Shown: positions 27,911 to 41,379 of the stretch, piece by piece
How positions within the stretch are numbered: position 1 is the first letter of the stretch
Layout of the letters: the number at the start of each line of letters is the position of its first letter
Assembly (NCBI GenBank): GCA_951406725.2
Contig: OX597816.1
Span: 174,406,001-174,470,000 of the forward strand
DNA length: 64,000 bases
Source: Octopus vulgaris
Taxonomy: Eukaryota
Direction: 5' to 3'
Program-made: the position numbers and the translations under genes
Notes under the pieces: generated by a model
Databases searched by the model: none
Told to the model about the DNA's origin: nothing
What the model saw: the letters and a program-made list of their open reading frames with translations, nothing else

Positions 27911-28530
27911 ATTAATTAATAAGGGTGAGAGAATTAGATACTAATTTAATAGTATATTTATTCCACACCAAGTGGCCTAGTGCTACGAGAAACCTGGATT
28001 ATTATAATATTTTATAACATATTATAATATTTTCACAAAATAAATATAAGAGAGTGGTCACTATATTGATCACTCTAGCACCAGTTAATCCAAAAGGTTT
28101 CAACCACGAAAATACATGTTTCCCATGAAAGCCAGTACGACTGTTAGCTCACACGGACAGGGCAAATAAAAAATAACAAAAATACAGATTATTTTGGGAC
28201 AATTGTTTCGCTATTAATGAATTAAATGTAATATTACTTACAATAATCCATTTGTAGCTCGTCATATAACGGGAAGCTTTATGAAAATGAACAAAAGACG
28301 AAGGCAGGTGGAATACAAACAAACAATTGTATTAGTATGGCGCTCAGGAATATAAATAAAACAAGTCATTTACATTTCGAGCCTACGCTCTTCAACAGAA
28401 AGATACACAGAAAAGAAACACAGAAAGAAACAGGGAGAGAAAAAAAAAATGCGGTGGTGCCCCAGCATGGCCGTGCCCTTCGGGCTAAAACATTTTTAAG
28501 GATTTTTAAAGATTTAACAGGCTAGCGAAT

Positions 28531-28535
<5 letters not shown>
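27910..28535 (-). mobile_element. Penelope-like terminal fragments with degenerate hammerhead-like motifs
   Basis: Minus strand 28403-28366 and ~28266-28195 contain a CUGANGA-like core, stem II and GAAA. Flanked by (TA)n. Confidence 0.45.
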
Positions 28536-28575
<40 letters not shown>

Positions 28576-28909
28576 CCTACACACACACACATATATATAT
28601 ATATCTACTACATATGTGGAAAATCGGTGTGTGTTTGTTTGTGGAATTGTTAGCTAACTGTTCCAACATCGTTTTATTGATGTTAATAAAATTCAACACA
28701 TGCATAGAACTAATGTCTGGAAACCTCGTGATATACTTAGATTGTGGCGAAAAATCGATAATATTGCCCCTGGAAGGGATCTTTATATCTACCACATATA
28801 ACTAATACTTTTTGGAATGCCCATTATACTGGTAATTCTGAATTCTTACAATTACACTTTTTCTATGACAGTAGATAAATCATATATATATATATATATA
28901 TAAATAATT

Positions 28910-29262
28910 ATCATCATCATCGTTTAACATCCGTTTTCCGTGCTAGCATGGGTTGGACGGTTCAACCGGGGTCTGGGAAGCCAGGAGGCTGCACCAGGCA
29001 CCAGTCTGATCTGGCTGTGTTTCTACAGCTGGATGCCCTTCCTAACGCCAACCACTCCGTGAGTGTAGCGGGTGCTTTTTACATGTCACCGGCACAGGTG
29101 CCAGGGGAGGCTGGCAGCGACGACGATCGGTTGGTGCTTTTTACGTGCCACCGGCACAGAAGACAGTCAGGGCGGCGCTGGCATTGGCCACATTCGGATG
29201 GTGCATTTTACGTGCCACTGGCACAGGTATCACAACTGCTATTTCCATTGATATTTATTTCG
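28910..29262 (-). mobile_element. RTE LINE 3' UTR fragment
   Basis: Same family as 5726-6190. Confidence 0.9.
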
Positions 29263-29761
29263 ATATATATATATATATAATATATAACATATATATAATA
29301 TATAACATATATATATATATATATGTGATATATAACATATATATATATGATACATATCGTATATATATATATATATAATATATAACATATATATATATGT
29401 GATATATAACATATATATATATATGATATATAGCATATATATGAAACATATATATATATATATATATATCATATATATAAATAGATGAGTGTATTTTTAC
29501 CTTGTTAACATATATATATATATCATATATATATCATATATATATATAATATATATATATATAATATATATATTATACATATAGGATATATGTAATATAT
29601 ATGATAGAGATATACTTATATGATATATATATAACATATATGATATATACATCACAAAGACATGATATACATAACATGATATATATAACATATATGATAT
29701 ATATATCATAAATATATGATATATATAATATATATGATGTATATTAGATATATCATATATA

Positions 29762-32700
29762 TCATCATCATCGTTTAACGTCCGCTTTCCATGCTAGCAT
29801 AGGTTGGACGGTTCAACTGGGGTCTGGGAAGCCAGGAGGCCACACCAGGCCAGTCAGATCTGGCAGTGTTTCTACAGCTGGATGCCCTTCCTAACACCAA
29901 CCACTCCGTGAGTGTAGTGGGTGCTTTTTATGTGCCACCGACACAGGTGCCAGACAAGGCTGGCGAACGGCCACGATCGGATGGTGTTTGTTACGTGCCC
30001 ACAGCATGGAGGCCAGTCGATGTGTTATTGGCTACGGCCACGTTCGGATGGTTTTCTTATGTGCCACTGGCACTAGTACCACAAAAATGCAAATTTCATT
30101 GATGCTCATCGATTTTGATTTGATTTGATTTTGATTTTGATTTTCACTTGCCTCAACAGGTCTTCACAAGTAGAGTTTTGTGTCCCAAGAAGGAAGGTAT
30201 GCACAGGTTGACTGACTACATCCCGGGTCTTCTCGTGCACAGCATACTTCCAAAGGTCTCGGTCTCTGGTCATTTCCTCGGTGAGACCTAAAGCACGAAG
30301 GTCGCTCTTCACCACCTCGTCCCAGGTTTTCCTGGGTCTACCTCTTCCACAGGTTCCCTCAACCGCTAGGGTGTGACACTTTTTCACACAACTATCTTCA
30401 TCCATTCTTACTACGTGTCCATACCAGCGTAGACGCCTCTCTTGCACACCACATCTGATGCTTCTTAGGTCCAACTTTTCTCTCAAGGCACTTACACTCT
30501 GTCGGGTATGAACAATGACATTACACATCCAACGGAGCATACTGGCTTCATTTCTTGCGAGCTTACGCTTATCCTCAGCAGTCACGGCCCATGTTTCACT
30601 GCCATGTAGCATGGCTGTTCGCACACATGCGTCATACAGTCTGCCTTTTACTCTGAGCGAGAGGCCTTTTGTCACCAGCAGAGGTAAGAACTCTCTGAAC
30701 TTTGCCCAGGCTATTCTTACTCTAGCAGTTACACTTTCGGCACACCCACCCCCGCTACTGACTTGGTCACCTAGGTAATGGAAACTATCAACTATTTCAA
30801 GTTTTTCTCCCTGGAATGTGGTGGAAGATGGTCTCTGCGCATTTTCAGTCTTTATTGAACCAGAGCATCTACCACATACAAAAACTATCTTCCTAGTTAG
30901 CCTTCCTTTGACATTGCTGCACCTCTTATGTGTCCATAGCTTACACTTGGTGCATCTTATAGAGTTTCTACCTACGCCTTTTCTACAGATCGAGCAGGGC
31001 CATCTACCTGAAGGCGTTTGAGATTTGTCTACCTTCCTACTTATTAGGACTTTGGTTTTAGCTAGATTGACTCTAAGGCCCTTCGATTCTAATCCTTGCT
31101 TCCATGCCTGAAACTTCACCTCGAGTTCTGATAGTGATTCAGCAATTAGAGCAAGGTCGTCAGCATAGAGGAGCTCCCAGGGGCATCCTGTCTTGAATTC
31201 CTCCGTTATTGCCTGGAGGACTATGATAAATAGGAGGGGACTGAGGACTGAGCCTTGGTGGACCCCAACCTCCACCCGGAATTCTTCGCTGTACTTGTTG
31301 CCAACCCTCACCTTACTAACAGCGTCCCTGTACATGGCACGCACAGCTCTCACTAACCATTCATCTATCCCTAGTTTCCTCATTGACCACCAGATAAGCG
31401 ATCAGTGGACCCTGTCAAAGGCTTTCTCCAAGTCAACGAAAGCCAAGTACAGAGTTTTATCTTTGGCTAGGTATTTCTCCTGCAGCTGTCTCACCAGAAA
31501 TATGGCATCAGTGGTGCTTTTCCCTGGCACGAAACAAAACTGCATCTCATCTAGGTTGACTCTCTCTCTAATCAGTTGGGCTATGACCCTTTCCGTAACC
31601 TTCATTACCTGATCCAACAGCTTAATACCTCTGTAATTACTTGTATCTAGGGCGTCACCTTTACCTTTGTAGCAGTTGACTATTATGCTACTACACCAGT
31701 CATTGGGTATGACTCCTTCGTGTATCACCTGGTTAACTATACGGGTGACTAGGCTATAGCCGACACTGCCAGATATTTTGAGCATCTCAGCAGTAATTCC
31801 TGATGGACCTGGGGCTTTCCCTGTCTTCATGCTTCCAATTGCTTTAACTACCATGGAACTGTCAACTCGGATAGCTGGTCCCTCTACTGGGTCGACATTC
31901 GGCAGGCTCTCTTTATCCCATTCATTCTCTTTGTTGAGCAACTTTTCCTAGTGGCATCTCCAAACCTCTCTCTTTGCATCCTTATTTAGCGCAAGTGAAT
32001 CATCATCCATGCAAACATATTTCTCTCCTACCACATCACGATTCTCTCTCACACACTGTCTTGCAACACGAAACACCTCAAGTCTTTGGTCCTCACGGCG
32101 CAGAACATTGGCAAATTTTTTCTTATCTGCTTCCCCTCTAGCTAAATATACCTGTCTCCTAGCTTCTCTTTTCGCAGTCTGATACAATTCCCTACTACTG
32201 CCTTTCCTCCAGTCCTTCCAAGCCTGTCTCTTGTCTCTAATAGCCCTGTCTACAACATTGTTCCACCACCACATTACCCTGGGACGAGATGGGACTTTGC
32301 TCCATCCACAGATCTGGTCAGTGGCTCTCAGCACATTGTCCCGTAGAAACCTCCAGTTGGCTTCCGCATTATGTGATGCTATATCCCCTTCTACTTCGTC
32401 GAAAGCTTCAAGTAGAACTTCTCTAAAGCTTCCATACTCTTCTCCTCCGAGCTGGTCTTCTGGACAGCCATTTGGCCCTGATCCTGAAGTCACTAACTAC
32501 TAATCTATGGCGGCGAGCTGGCAGAAACGTCAGCACGCCGGGCGAAATTCTTAGCGGTATTTCGTCTGCCGTTACGTTCTGAGTTCAAATTCCGCCGAGG
32601 TCGACTTTGCCTTTCATCCTTTCGGGGTCGATAAATTAAGTACCAGTTATGCACTGGGGTCGATATAATCGACTTAATCCATCTGTCTGTCCTTGTCTGT

Positions 32701-33208
32701 CTCCTCTGTGTTTGGCCCATTGTGGGTAGTAAAGAGATATATGTTGAGGAGTACATTCCTCGCCTGGGAAGGTTTTGGCATTTAAAAGCAGCCCTCTTTC
32801 CCTCTTTCTGGCGAGGATGTAGTCGATCTGGCTAGTGTGTCTGCCAGAACGGTAGGTGACTAGGTGAGAGGTTGGTTTCCTGAAGCTGGTATTGCAAATC
32901 ATAAGGTCATTTGCATCGCAGAACTCCAGCAGCCTGGTTCCCTCCTCATTGTGAGAACCAAAACCGTAGTCTCCATGTATGCCATGTAAGCTCCCAACAT
33001 GCCGTCCAACATGTCCATTGAAATCACCTGCCACAAAGAGAAGGTCACTGTCATTTGTCAAAGAGGTAGTCTGTAATAGGGTTCATAGAATCGGTCTTTC
33101 TGTCCTTCTGGTAGCCCCGGCTGAGGGGCATATGCCGAGATAATGGTTGCTGACCTATGGTAGAGCACTAGTCTAATCTTAAGTATTCTGTCACATACTC
33201 TGACTACC
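29762..33208 (-). mobile_element. Near-full-length RTE-clade LINE (APE + RT + PHD-like finger), disrupted
   Basis: APE motifs AGDFNGHVG and SQIDYIL. RT motifs NYRGIKLL, FVDLEKAFD, QGSVLSP, LYADDL. C-terminal RLRWYGHV..RGRPRKTW. (ATG)n tail. Frameshifts/stop near 31400 and 31945, plus a SINE insertion. Confidence 0.97.
32509..32740 (+). mobile_element. Young SINE family B inserted into the RTE ORF
   Basis: Splits the RTE sequence between EECTPQH and RLVVSDF. Confidence 0.93.
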
Positions 33209-33739
33209 TAATTGTATATATATGATATATATATCATATATGAGATATATTATATATATTTCATACATGTACGATATATATATTATATATATATATCATA
33301 TATACATGATATATGCAATATATATCATATATATATGATATATATATCATATATATATAATATATATATGATGTATATATCATATATATGATATATATAA
33401 TATAATTGATATATATATCAAATATATACACTATATATAATATATATGATATATATATATGATATATATATCATATATATATATATACATATGTTATATA
33501 TGATATACATCTTATACATATACATATAATACATATATATATATGATATATATATATATTATGTATATACATGATATATATATGTTATATATATATGATA
33601 TATATATGTATAGGACATATATATGATTGATATGTGATCTATATATACAATACATATATGATATATATACAATATATATACGAATGATATATATATATAT
33701 ATATATATATATATCATATGTATATATATCAAATATATG

Positions 33740-33816
<77 letters not shown>

Positions 33817-33998
33817 TGACATATATATATAAAATATATGACAAATAAATAAATATAGAATATATGACATATATATATATATATATATTCTGTTTTCAAG
33901 TACTTTGGTTTTTCTGGAAGCCCCGTTTAAAGTATTTCTGCTATTTCTAAAACTTCGGTATGTGGTGAAGCAAATCGTTGCTGAACCCTATTTATAAA

Positions 33999-34050
<52 letters not shown>

Positions 34051-34227
34051 ATATAAATATATCATATACATATCATATACATAACATATATATATATATA
34101 TATCATATATATGACATATATATATATACATACATCATATATGACATATGTATAACATATATATGGCATATATATATATAACATATATATATCACATATA
34201 TGAGATATATATGACATATATATATCA

Positions 34228-34283
<56 letters not shown>

Positions 34284-34490
34284 TATATATATAATATATA
34301 TATGACATATACATGTATATAACATATATATGACATATATAATATATATATATATTAATGGGACATATATATATATGTGTTATATATTAATGGAACATAT
34401 ATATATGTGTTATATATTTATGACATATATATATATGTTATATATTTATGACATATATATATGTTATATATGTATGACATATATATATAT

Positions 34491-34663
34491 AGGCACAGGA
34501 ATGACTGTGTGGTAAGTAGCTTATTTACCAACTACATCGTTCCGGGATTCAGTCCCACTGTGTGGCACCTTGGCCAAGTGCCTTCCACTATAGCCTCGGG
34601 CCAACCAAAGCCTTCTGAGTGGATTTGGTAGATGGAAACTGAAAGAAGCCCATCGTATATATG

Positions 34664-34696
<33 letters not shown>

Positions 34697-34898
34697 ATGC
34701 ATGTCTGTGTTACTCCCCCCAATATCACTTGACAACTGATGGTGGTGTGTTTACGTCCCTGTAATTTAGCATTTCGGCAAAAGCGAGCAATAGGATAAGT
34801 ACTAGGCTTACAAAAATACATCCTGGGGTCGATTTGCTCGACTAAAGGCAGTGCTTAAGCATGGTCGCAGTTAAATGACTGAAACAAGTAAAAGAGTA
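34491..34898 (+). mobile_element. tRNA-derived CORE-like SINE family A
   Basis: A/B-box head, ccttgg.caagtg core, internal (TA)/(TG) repeat, tail ...gcagt..aaatgactgaaacaagtaaaag. Confidence 0.9.
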
Positions 34899-35321
34899 TA
34901 TCTATATACGTGACATATAATATATATACGTTATATACGTTATATATATTATATATGTTATATATATATTATATATATATATATATATGACATATATATA
35001 TACAATATATGTGATATATATATACAATATATATGTGATATATACATGTTATATATATATAACATATACATATATGTTATATACATGTTATATATATATA
35101 ACATATACATATATGTTATATACATATGACATATATATGTGTTATATATATATATATATGACATATATATATATGTTATATATATGACATATATAAAATA
35201 TACATGTGTGACATGTATATATATGTATTAATATATACATATATATGACATATATATATGTTATATATATATGACATATGTATATGATATATGTGACATG
35301 TATATATGCTATATATTCATA

Positions 35322-35806
35322 CAGTACTTCTTTATGGCTGTGAATCGTGGCCTATGCGGGTGGTCGATCAACAAAGGCTGGAAGTCTTCGACAATGACTG
35401 CCTCCGGTGCATTCTTCACTGCCATCAGGTGGATCGAGTTCCCACCTCCAATCTCTGACTTCGCCTGTCTCTGCAGCCCCTTCCATCTGGCTTCTGCAAC
35501 GGCGTTTGTGGTGGTTTGGCCATGCATGATGGTGTCCGGTCAGTGAACTGAGCCGTAATGTCCTTCTCCCAACTGGCGGAAATGCGTGGGTGGGCAGCTG
35601 AAGACCTAGATTACAACGATCAAGGAGGCCCTCTCCATGCTCACAGGACCGCAGGTGGTCAGCCTGTGCCGATGGAACAGCGACTGGCTTGCTATCTCCA
35701 GTGAACTGGCGCAGGACCGTCGTGTGTGGGATGCCATGCCTCGAGGGTGGTAGAAGAAGCCGACTCAACCCGCCCAGAGTGAATGTCGCCACAAGTACAA
35801 GTAAGT
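35322..35806 (+). mobile_element. RTE-BovB-like LINE 3' end
   Basis: LLYGCESW..., LQRRLWWFGH. Tail acaagtacaagtaagta. Confidence 0.8.
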
Positions 35807-36056
35807 ATATATGCTATATATATGACATATGTATATAATGTGACATATATATATATATGCTATATATATGACATATATATATATATGTGCTATATATATA
35901 ACATATATATATATGTGACATATATATATGCGCTATATATATGACATATATATATATATGTGACATATATATATGCTATATATATATTATATATATATGT
36001 GATATATATATATAATATATTTATATGACATATATATGCTACATATATATATGACA

Positions 36057-36330
36057 TATCATCGTCATCGTATAATTTCTGCTTTCCATGCTAGCATGGG
36101 CTGGACAATTTGACTGTGGACTGGCAAACCAGATGGATGCACCAGGCTCCAATCTGATCTGGCAAAGTTTCTACAGCTGGATGCCCTTCCTAATGCCAAC
36201 CACACCAAGACTGTAGTGGGTGCTTTTACATGCCACCAGCACAAGGGCCAGTCAGGCGGTACTGGCAACGGCCATGCTCAAATGGTGTTTTTTACGTGCC
36301 AGTAATGATCACGCTCGAATGGTGCTTTTC
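36057..36330 (-). mobile_element. RTE LINE 3' UTR fragment (older subfamily)
   Basis: ctttccatgctagcatggg...ggatgcccttcctaa blocks. Confidence 0.85.
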
Positions 36331-36350
36331 GATTTATAATATATGCATGT

Positions 36351-36450
<100 letters not shown>

Positions 36451-36582
36451 GTGACATATATATATATCATGTAAACATAGTTTCAATATTTTTTGTCTTC
36501 CTTGTTGTTGCCTTAAGATAACCTTAGTTCACACATTTCCTTAACTGCAACATATTCATTCATTCATCTGTGAAAGGGTTAA

Positions 36583-36802
36583 CCCTTTCATTACCGACCA
36601 GGCTGAAACCGGCTCTGACTCTGAGTACAAATGTCTTGTTTACATATGTTTTGAATTAAAATCTTCCACCAAACCTTAGTCACAATTTATGTTCCTAACA
36701 CTAGCTGAATGATAACTAAGTTATTTTACTAAATTCTTTGTTATAATTAAAGTAACTGAAAGAAACACAGAGCATCTCAAAATAAATACAGTAACGAAAG
36801 GG
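36583..36802. mobile_element. piggyBac-like MITE
   Basis: TTAA flanks. TIR CCCTTTC.TTAC/GTAA.GAAAGGG. Reverse copy of 3976-4195. Confidence 0.9.
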
Positions 36803-37368
36803 TTAAAGTTTATCACACAGTCATTTTTCTCTAATTTTGTCTTAGATTGGCTCTCAGATTCTTCAGTTCTATTTTACTCTTATCAACATTTGCTGTCTTG
36901 TTAAATTACCTATGCCACACAAATCCCAAAAGAATATTTTCTCCCTCGTGTTCTGACCACCACTACCCCCTCTCTCTCTCTCTCTCACTCTGTCTCGGCC
37001 TCACTGTCTGTGTCTCTCTCGCTCTCTTTCGATTACCATTCACCTCACCAAGACTTCCTCCACCACTACCACCCTACATAAACTAGTGCACAAACTCAGA
37101 TTCCCCTACTTGATTTTTAATACCTCCACCAAAAGAATACGTCTCCAGAAAATGCTCTCATCCAAATTTGCTAGTTCGTGGTACGCCCGCCCTCCCACCC
37201 CCTCCACCTGTACCGGAAGTCCCTATTCTTTGTCATCCTTTGGTTGTCTCCCATAAACACTTCTAAAGGCTTTTCACCATCCCCACCCCTACTATGTAAG
37301 GTAGTGATCATATAGTGCAAAAATATGATAGTGTAGTGTATGCAGGTTGAACTTAAGGCTATTGTTTT

Positions 37369-38130
37369 ATGAATTCAGCCAAATGCGAGCTTTCTTTTCA
37401 GGTACATGACGCTGCTGTCCCTGGTCCCAGGGTCTCAAGGGCCCATACCTCCCACACCCTCAGGGTTGGCACTCTCAACGTCGGCACACTGAAAGGTAGG
37501 TCTGGTGAGATTGTTGAGATGCTTGAACGGAGAGGTGTCGATATATGCTGCATCCAAGAAGTAAGGTGGAGAGAAGGTTCCGCTATGTTCCTCACAGGCA
37601 AAGAACACAGGTACAAGATTTTCTGGGCAGGGAACACTGATGGGGCCGGGGGCATAGGTATACTTCTTGTGGAGAAATGGGTGGATATGGTAATTGAGGT
37701 AGTCAGAGTATGCAACAGAATACTTAAGATTAGATTAGTGCTTCATCATGGGTTAGCAACCATTATCTCGGCCTATGCCCCTCAGCGGGGGCTACCTGAT
37801 GGACAGAAAGACCGATTCTATGATACCCTCTTGCAGACTACCTCGTTGACGAATGACAGGGACCTTCTCTTTGTGGCTGGTGACTTCAATGGACATGTTG
37901 GATAACATATAGGGGGGCTTCCATGGCATACATGGAGGCTACGATTTTGGTTCTCGCAATGAGGAGGGAACCAGGCTGCTGGAGTTCTGCGATGCAAATG
38001 ATCTTATGGTTTGCAATACTAACTTCAGAAAAGCTGCCAGTCACCTACCGTTCTGGAAGACACACTAGCCAGATCGACTACATCCTAGCCAGAATGAGGG
38101 AAAGATTATAAATGCCAAAACTTTCCCCCT
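37369..38130 (+). mobile_element. RTE LINE 5' part (AP endonuclease), 3'-truncated
   Basis: GTLNVGTL, CCIQEVRW, ISAYAPQ, AGDFNGHVG and SQIDYIL motifs. Confidence 0.93.
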
Positions 38131-38213
38131 TTATACGTATATATAAAAGTTACATATATGTGTGTACGTGTATATAAATATATATTTATGTATATACATA
38201 TATAGGCTGTATA

Positions 38214-38256
<43 letters not shown>

Positions 38257-38364
38257 CGTGCATACACGCATACATGTAGCCTAGATATACATATATTTAT
38301 ATACACACACACGTAGCCTAGATATATATATACGATTATATATATGTGTATATTATATATATAT

Positions 38365-38778
38365 AGGCGCAGGAGTGGCTGTGTGGTAAGTAGCTTGTTT
38401 ACCAACCACATGGTTCCGGGTTCATTCCCACTGCGTGGCACCTTGGGCAAGTGTCTTCTACTATAGCCTTGGGCCGACCAAAGCCTTGTGAGTGGATTTG
38501 GTAGACGGAAACTGAAAAGAAGCCCGTCGTATATATGTATATATATGCGTGTGTGTGTTTGTGTGTCTGTGTTTGTCCCCCTAGCATTGCTTGACAACCG
38601 ATGCTGGTGTGTTTATGTCCCCGTTACTTAGCGGTTCGGCAAAAGAGACCGATAGAATAAGTACTGGGCTTACAAAAGAATAAGTCCCGGTGTCGAGTTG
38701 CTCGATTAAAGGTGGTGCTCCAGCATGGCCGCAGTCAAATGACTGAAACAAGTAAAAGAGTAAAAGAGTAAAAGAGTA
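38365..38778 (+). mobile_element. SINE family A, full length
   Basis: ggcgcaggagtggctgtgtggtaag head and (gtaaaaga)n tail. Confidence 0.93.
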
Positions 38779-38781
38779 TAC

Positions 38782-38825
<44 letters not shown>

Positions 38826-38939
38826 GCATACACGCATACATGTATATATATATATATACATGTATACACGCATACATGTAGCCTGTGTATATACGTATAC
38901 ATTTATATATATATATACATACATGTAGCCTAGATATAC

Positions 38940-38972
<33 letters not shown>

Positions 38973-39959
38973 TGTAGCCTAGATATACATACATACATTC
39001 ATACATACATACATATAGCCTAGATATATATATTATATGAAATCGTGAAATCCTTTAAGCTTACAAGCCACAAAATATCGAATTCAGTAAACTATAAATC
39101 GGAGTCAGTCTACTTTGTATGTAGCAGGCAAAATCGGAGAAACAGATTTCTTTTCTAAACATGCCACACCCATTTCTTCGACAAACTAGGAAACACCAAC
39201 AAGTGAATAGTGGTAAACAATATTTTTAAGTACAATATACTATTGAATTTAATGTCAACTGTTACACTGTTCTTCCTTTTAATTTTAGTATGCAGCATTT
39301 TCCCCGAAAATTGGTGCAGTCCAGTCGTAAATAAGTGGAAACACGAATTAACAAACAGTAAATTCTTGCAGCTGCAGCGTACAGAAATAGGTTTAATGCG
39401 GAAATAACTCAAAGAAAAAGTAAAAATGAGAGAAAGATCCTAATCTTTTTTTTTTTTTTAATCGAATTACTATTTTTTAATAGCTTTGGTCCTTTGATCT
39501 TGTGCACCCTCGAGGGTAAAGATGGGAATTGACAACTATTTAATAGGTAGTAGTAGTAGTTTTAAATTATGAAACTGCATTGATACCTTCTTGCTTTACT
39601 TCTTTTGGTGTTAACACTACAATCTTTGCAACAAACTGAGGGCAAAATGTTCATGTGAAAGAAATACCAATAATGGAATGAAGACAGATTGCTATCATGT
39701 GGCGAAACTTGAGAAATTATGGGGTAAAATGTGGATTTTAATTAGAAGTGTGGCTGATTATTGTCATAATAATCTGAGGGGGTGGGAAGAAACCAACCCT
39801 GAATATATAAGAAAATCTTTGGAAATAGAAATTGAATGCCAAAAGTAAATAATGTTCAGGCATTTTGCATCTCTGCAGGAATGACAGAATATTCTTTGAT
39901 TGTTGCTAAGAAAAATGAATAATAGCAACATTTGTTATAAGAAAAATGTAACAGCTTAC

Positions 39960-40170
39960 CTTCAAATAAAAATTTTTTGTAAGCGAATTAGATAGATCAC
40001 ACTTTATCGGGTCAGATATTTGGGTTTTTTTATACTTTAGATAAAAGAGGACGTGTCCAATGTAGCAGAGAGCAACCAAATGTGGTGTGTGTCAGTTTTA
40101 GTTAAACAGTAGTCTGTGGCGGAGGCGTGTGATGACTACAACGCATCCAGAGACAGCACCCAAACACACA
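39960..40170 (-). other. Candidate non-coding first exon A of the minus-strand gene
   Basis: Donor TGAAG|GTAAGC at 39960/39959. The upstream boundary is a guess. Confidence 0.35.
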
Positions 40171-40365
40171 CATAAATGTATATATCTACTGAAGGAGGAG
40201 AAAGAGGAAGAAGGAGAGACACGCACTACTAACGTCAAACGACAAACCACCCACTAAAAATGGATGGAAGTAACATTTCCCCCCGACATTATTTATTCTT
40301 TTCCTTCCCTAAGCCAAGTGCTATTTTTTTGCCAACAGTGGCAGCCGGACAGTGGCGGAACTTAC

Positions 40366-40505
40366 CGAAATTTTGTCAAAACTTTCTGTCGATGGCCTCA
40401 AGGGTTTGGCCACCAGCAACTCATAGAGACACACACTTTTTCTACCCATCCCTCCTCTAAAGTCACCGTAACCCGAGAAAGAAAGAAAGAGAGAGAGAGA
40501 GAGAG
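40366..40505 (-). other. Candidate non-coding first exon B of the minus-strand gene
   Basis: Donor TTCG|GTAAGT at 40366/40365. (CT)n leader in a GC-richer context. The upstream boundary is a guess. Confidence 0.4.
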
Positions 40506-40983
40506 CTGACTTTCCTCCCATTATAATTATTGTACTATTAGGTAGCAAACGGGGTACTTATCTCGATGACCAAGTTGGAATTTCTAAATTCCTCCTCCTA
40601 TTTATCAGAAGCAACTTTCGATTGTAGATGTTGACAGAGAGTTTCTCTTTATTCTTACTATTATAGGCCTTAGAAAATTAATAGCTTCTAGACATATGTG
40701 TCAGATTACGAGCGAAAATTGTAGCTTCTTTCTGTTCTACTCAAAACTCTTGGTCCTCCCTACCCTAATTTCGCATACAAAAATAAAGTTCTATTAAAAA
40801 ATTAGTCATTCGCCTTTTCCTTTCCCCTCTGTCACGCATCAGTGTTTTTTCACTGATCATTTCCAGCCGCTGGATAGGGTTTTTTCTTTCTTTAAAAAGT
40901 TTCTAAAAATCTATTTTCTTAGTAAAACTCAACCTCCTACCAATAAAAAATAATTCCTTCCGGAAAGAATGAATAGTTACTAA

Positions 40984-41379
40984 TCTTCTTTATATATAAA
41001 AGTGAAGTTGTGTGTCTGTCCCCTACGATTTAGATTCCTAACTACTCCCACATTTTGCGATGCAGTGTAACCAAATTCGGGTATCTTATAGTCGTGATTC
41101 ATATCGAGCCCTTCTGGGTATTAGCGCGCGTCTACGATGAGTCTACGATTTTAAAAATAATTTACCATCATTTTTTTCCATTTTAATGCATTTTTTCGCT
41201 ATTATATAAGGGAAGTAACTCTCTAAAAATGTCTACGATGAATCAACGATTTAAAAAAATTACCATAATTTTTTTTCCATTTTTAATGCATTTTTTTGCT
41301 ATGTTTTGGCTATAACTCTAAAAATGCTTATATAGTTATTTCCCTTACAAACCAGAGCAACGCCGGGCGATACTGCTAG
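40984..41379 (+). mobile_element. Non-autonomous Helitron, second copy
   Basis: A|TC start, hairpin, CTAG|T end. Internal duplicated module. Confidence 0.85.

Noticed and set aside
29762-33208. Currently active RTE copy
   Set aside because: It is 5'-truncated within the endonuclease, frameshifted and interrupted by a SINE.
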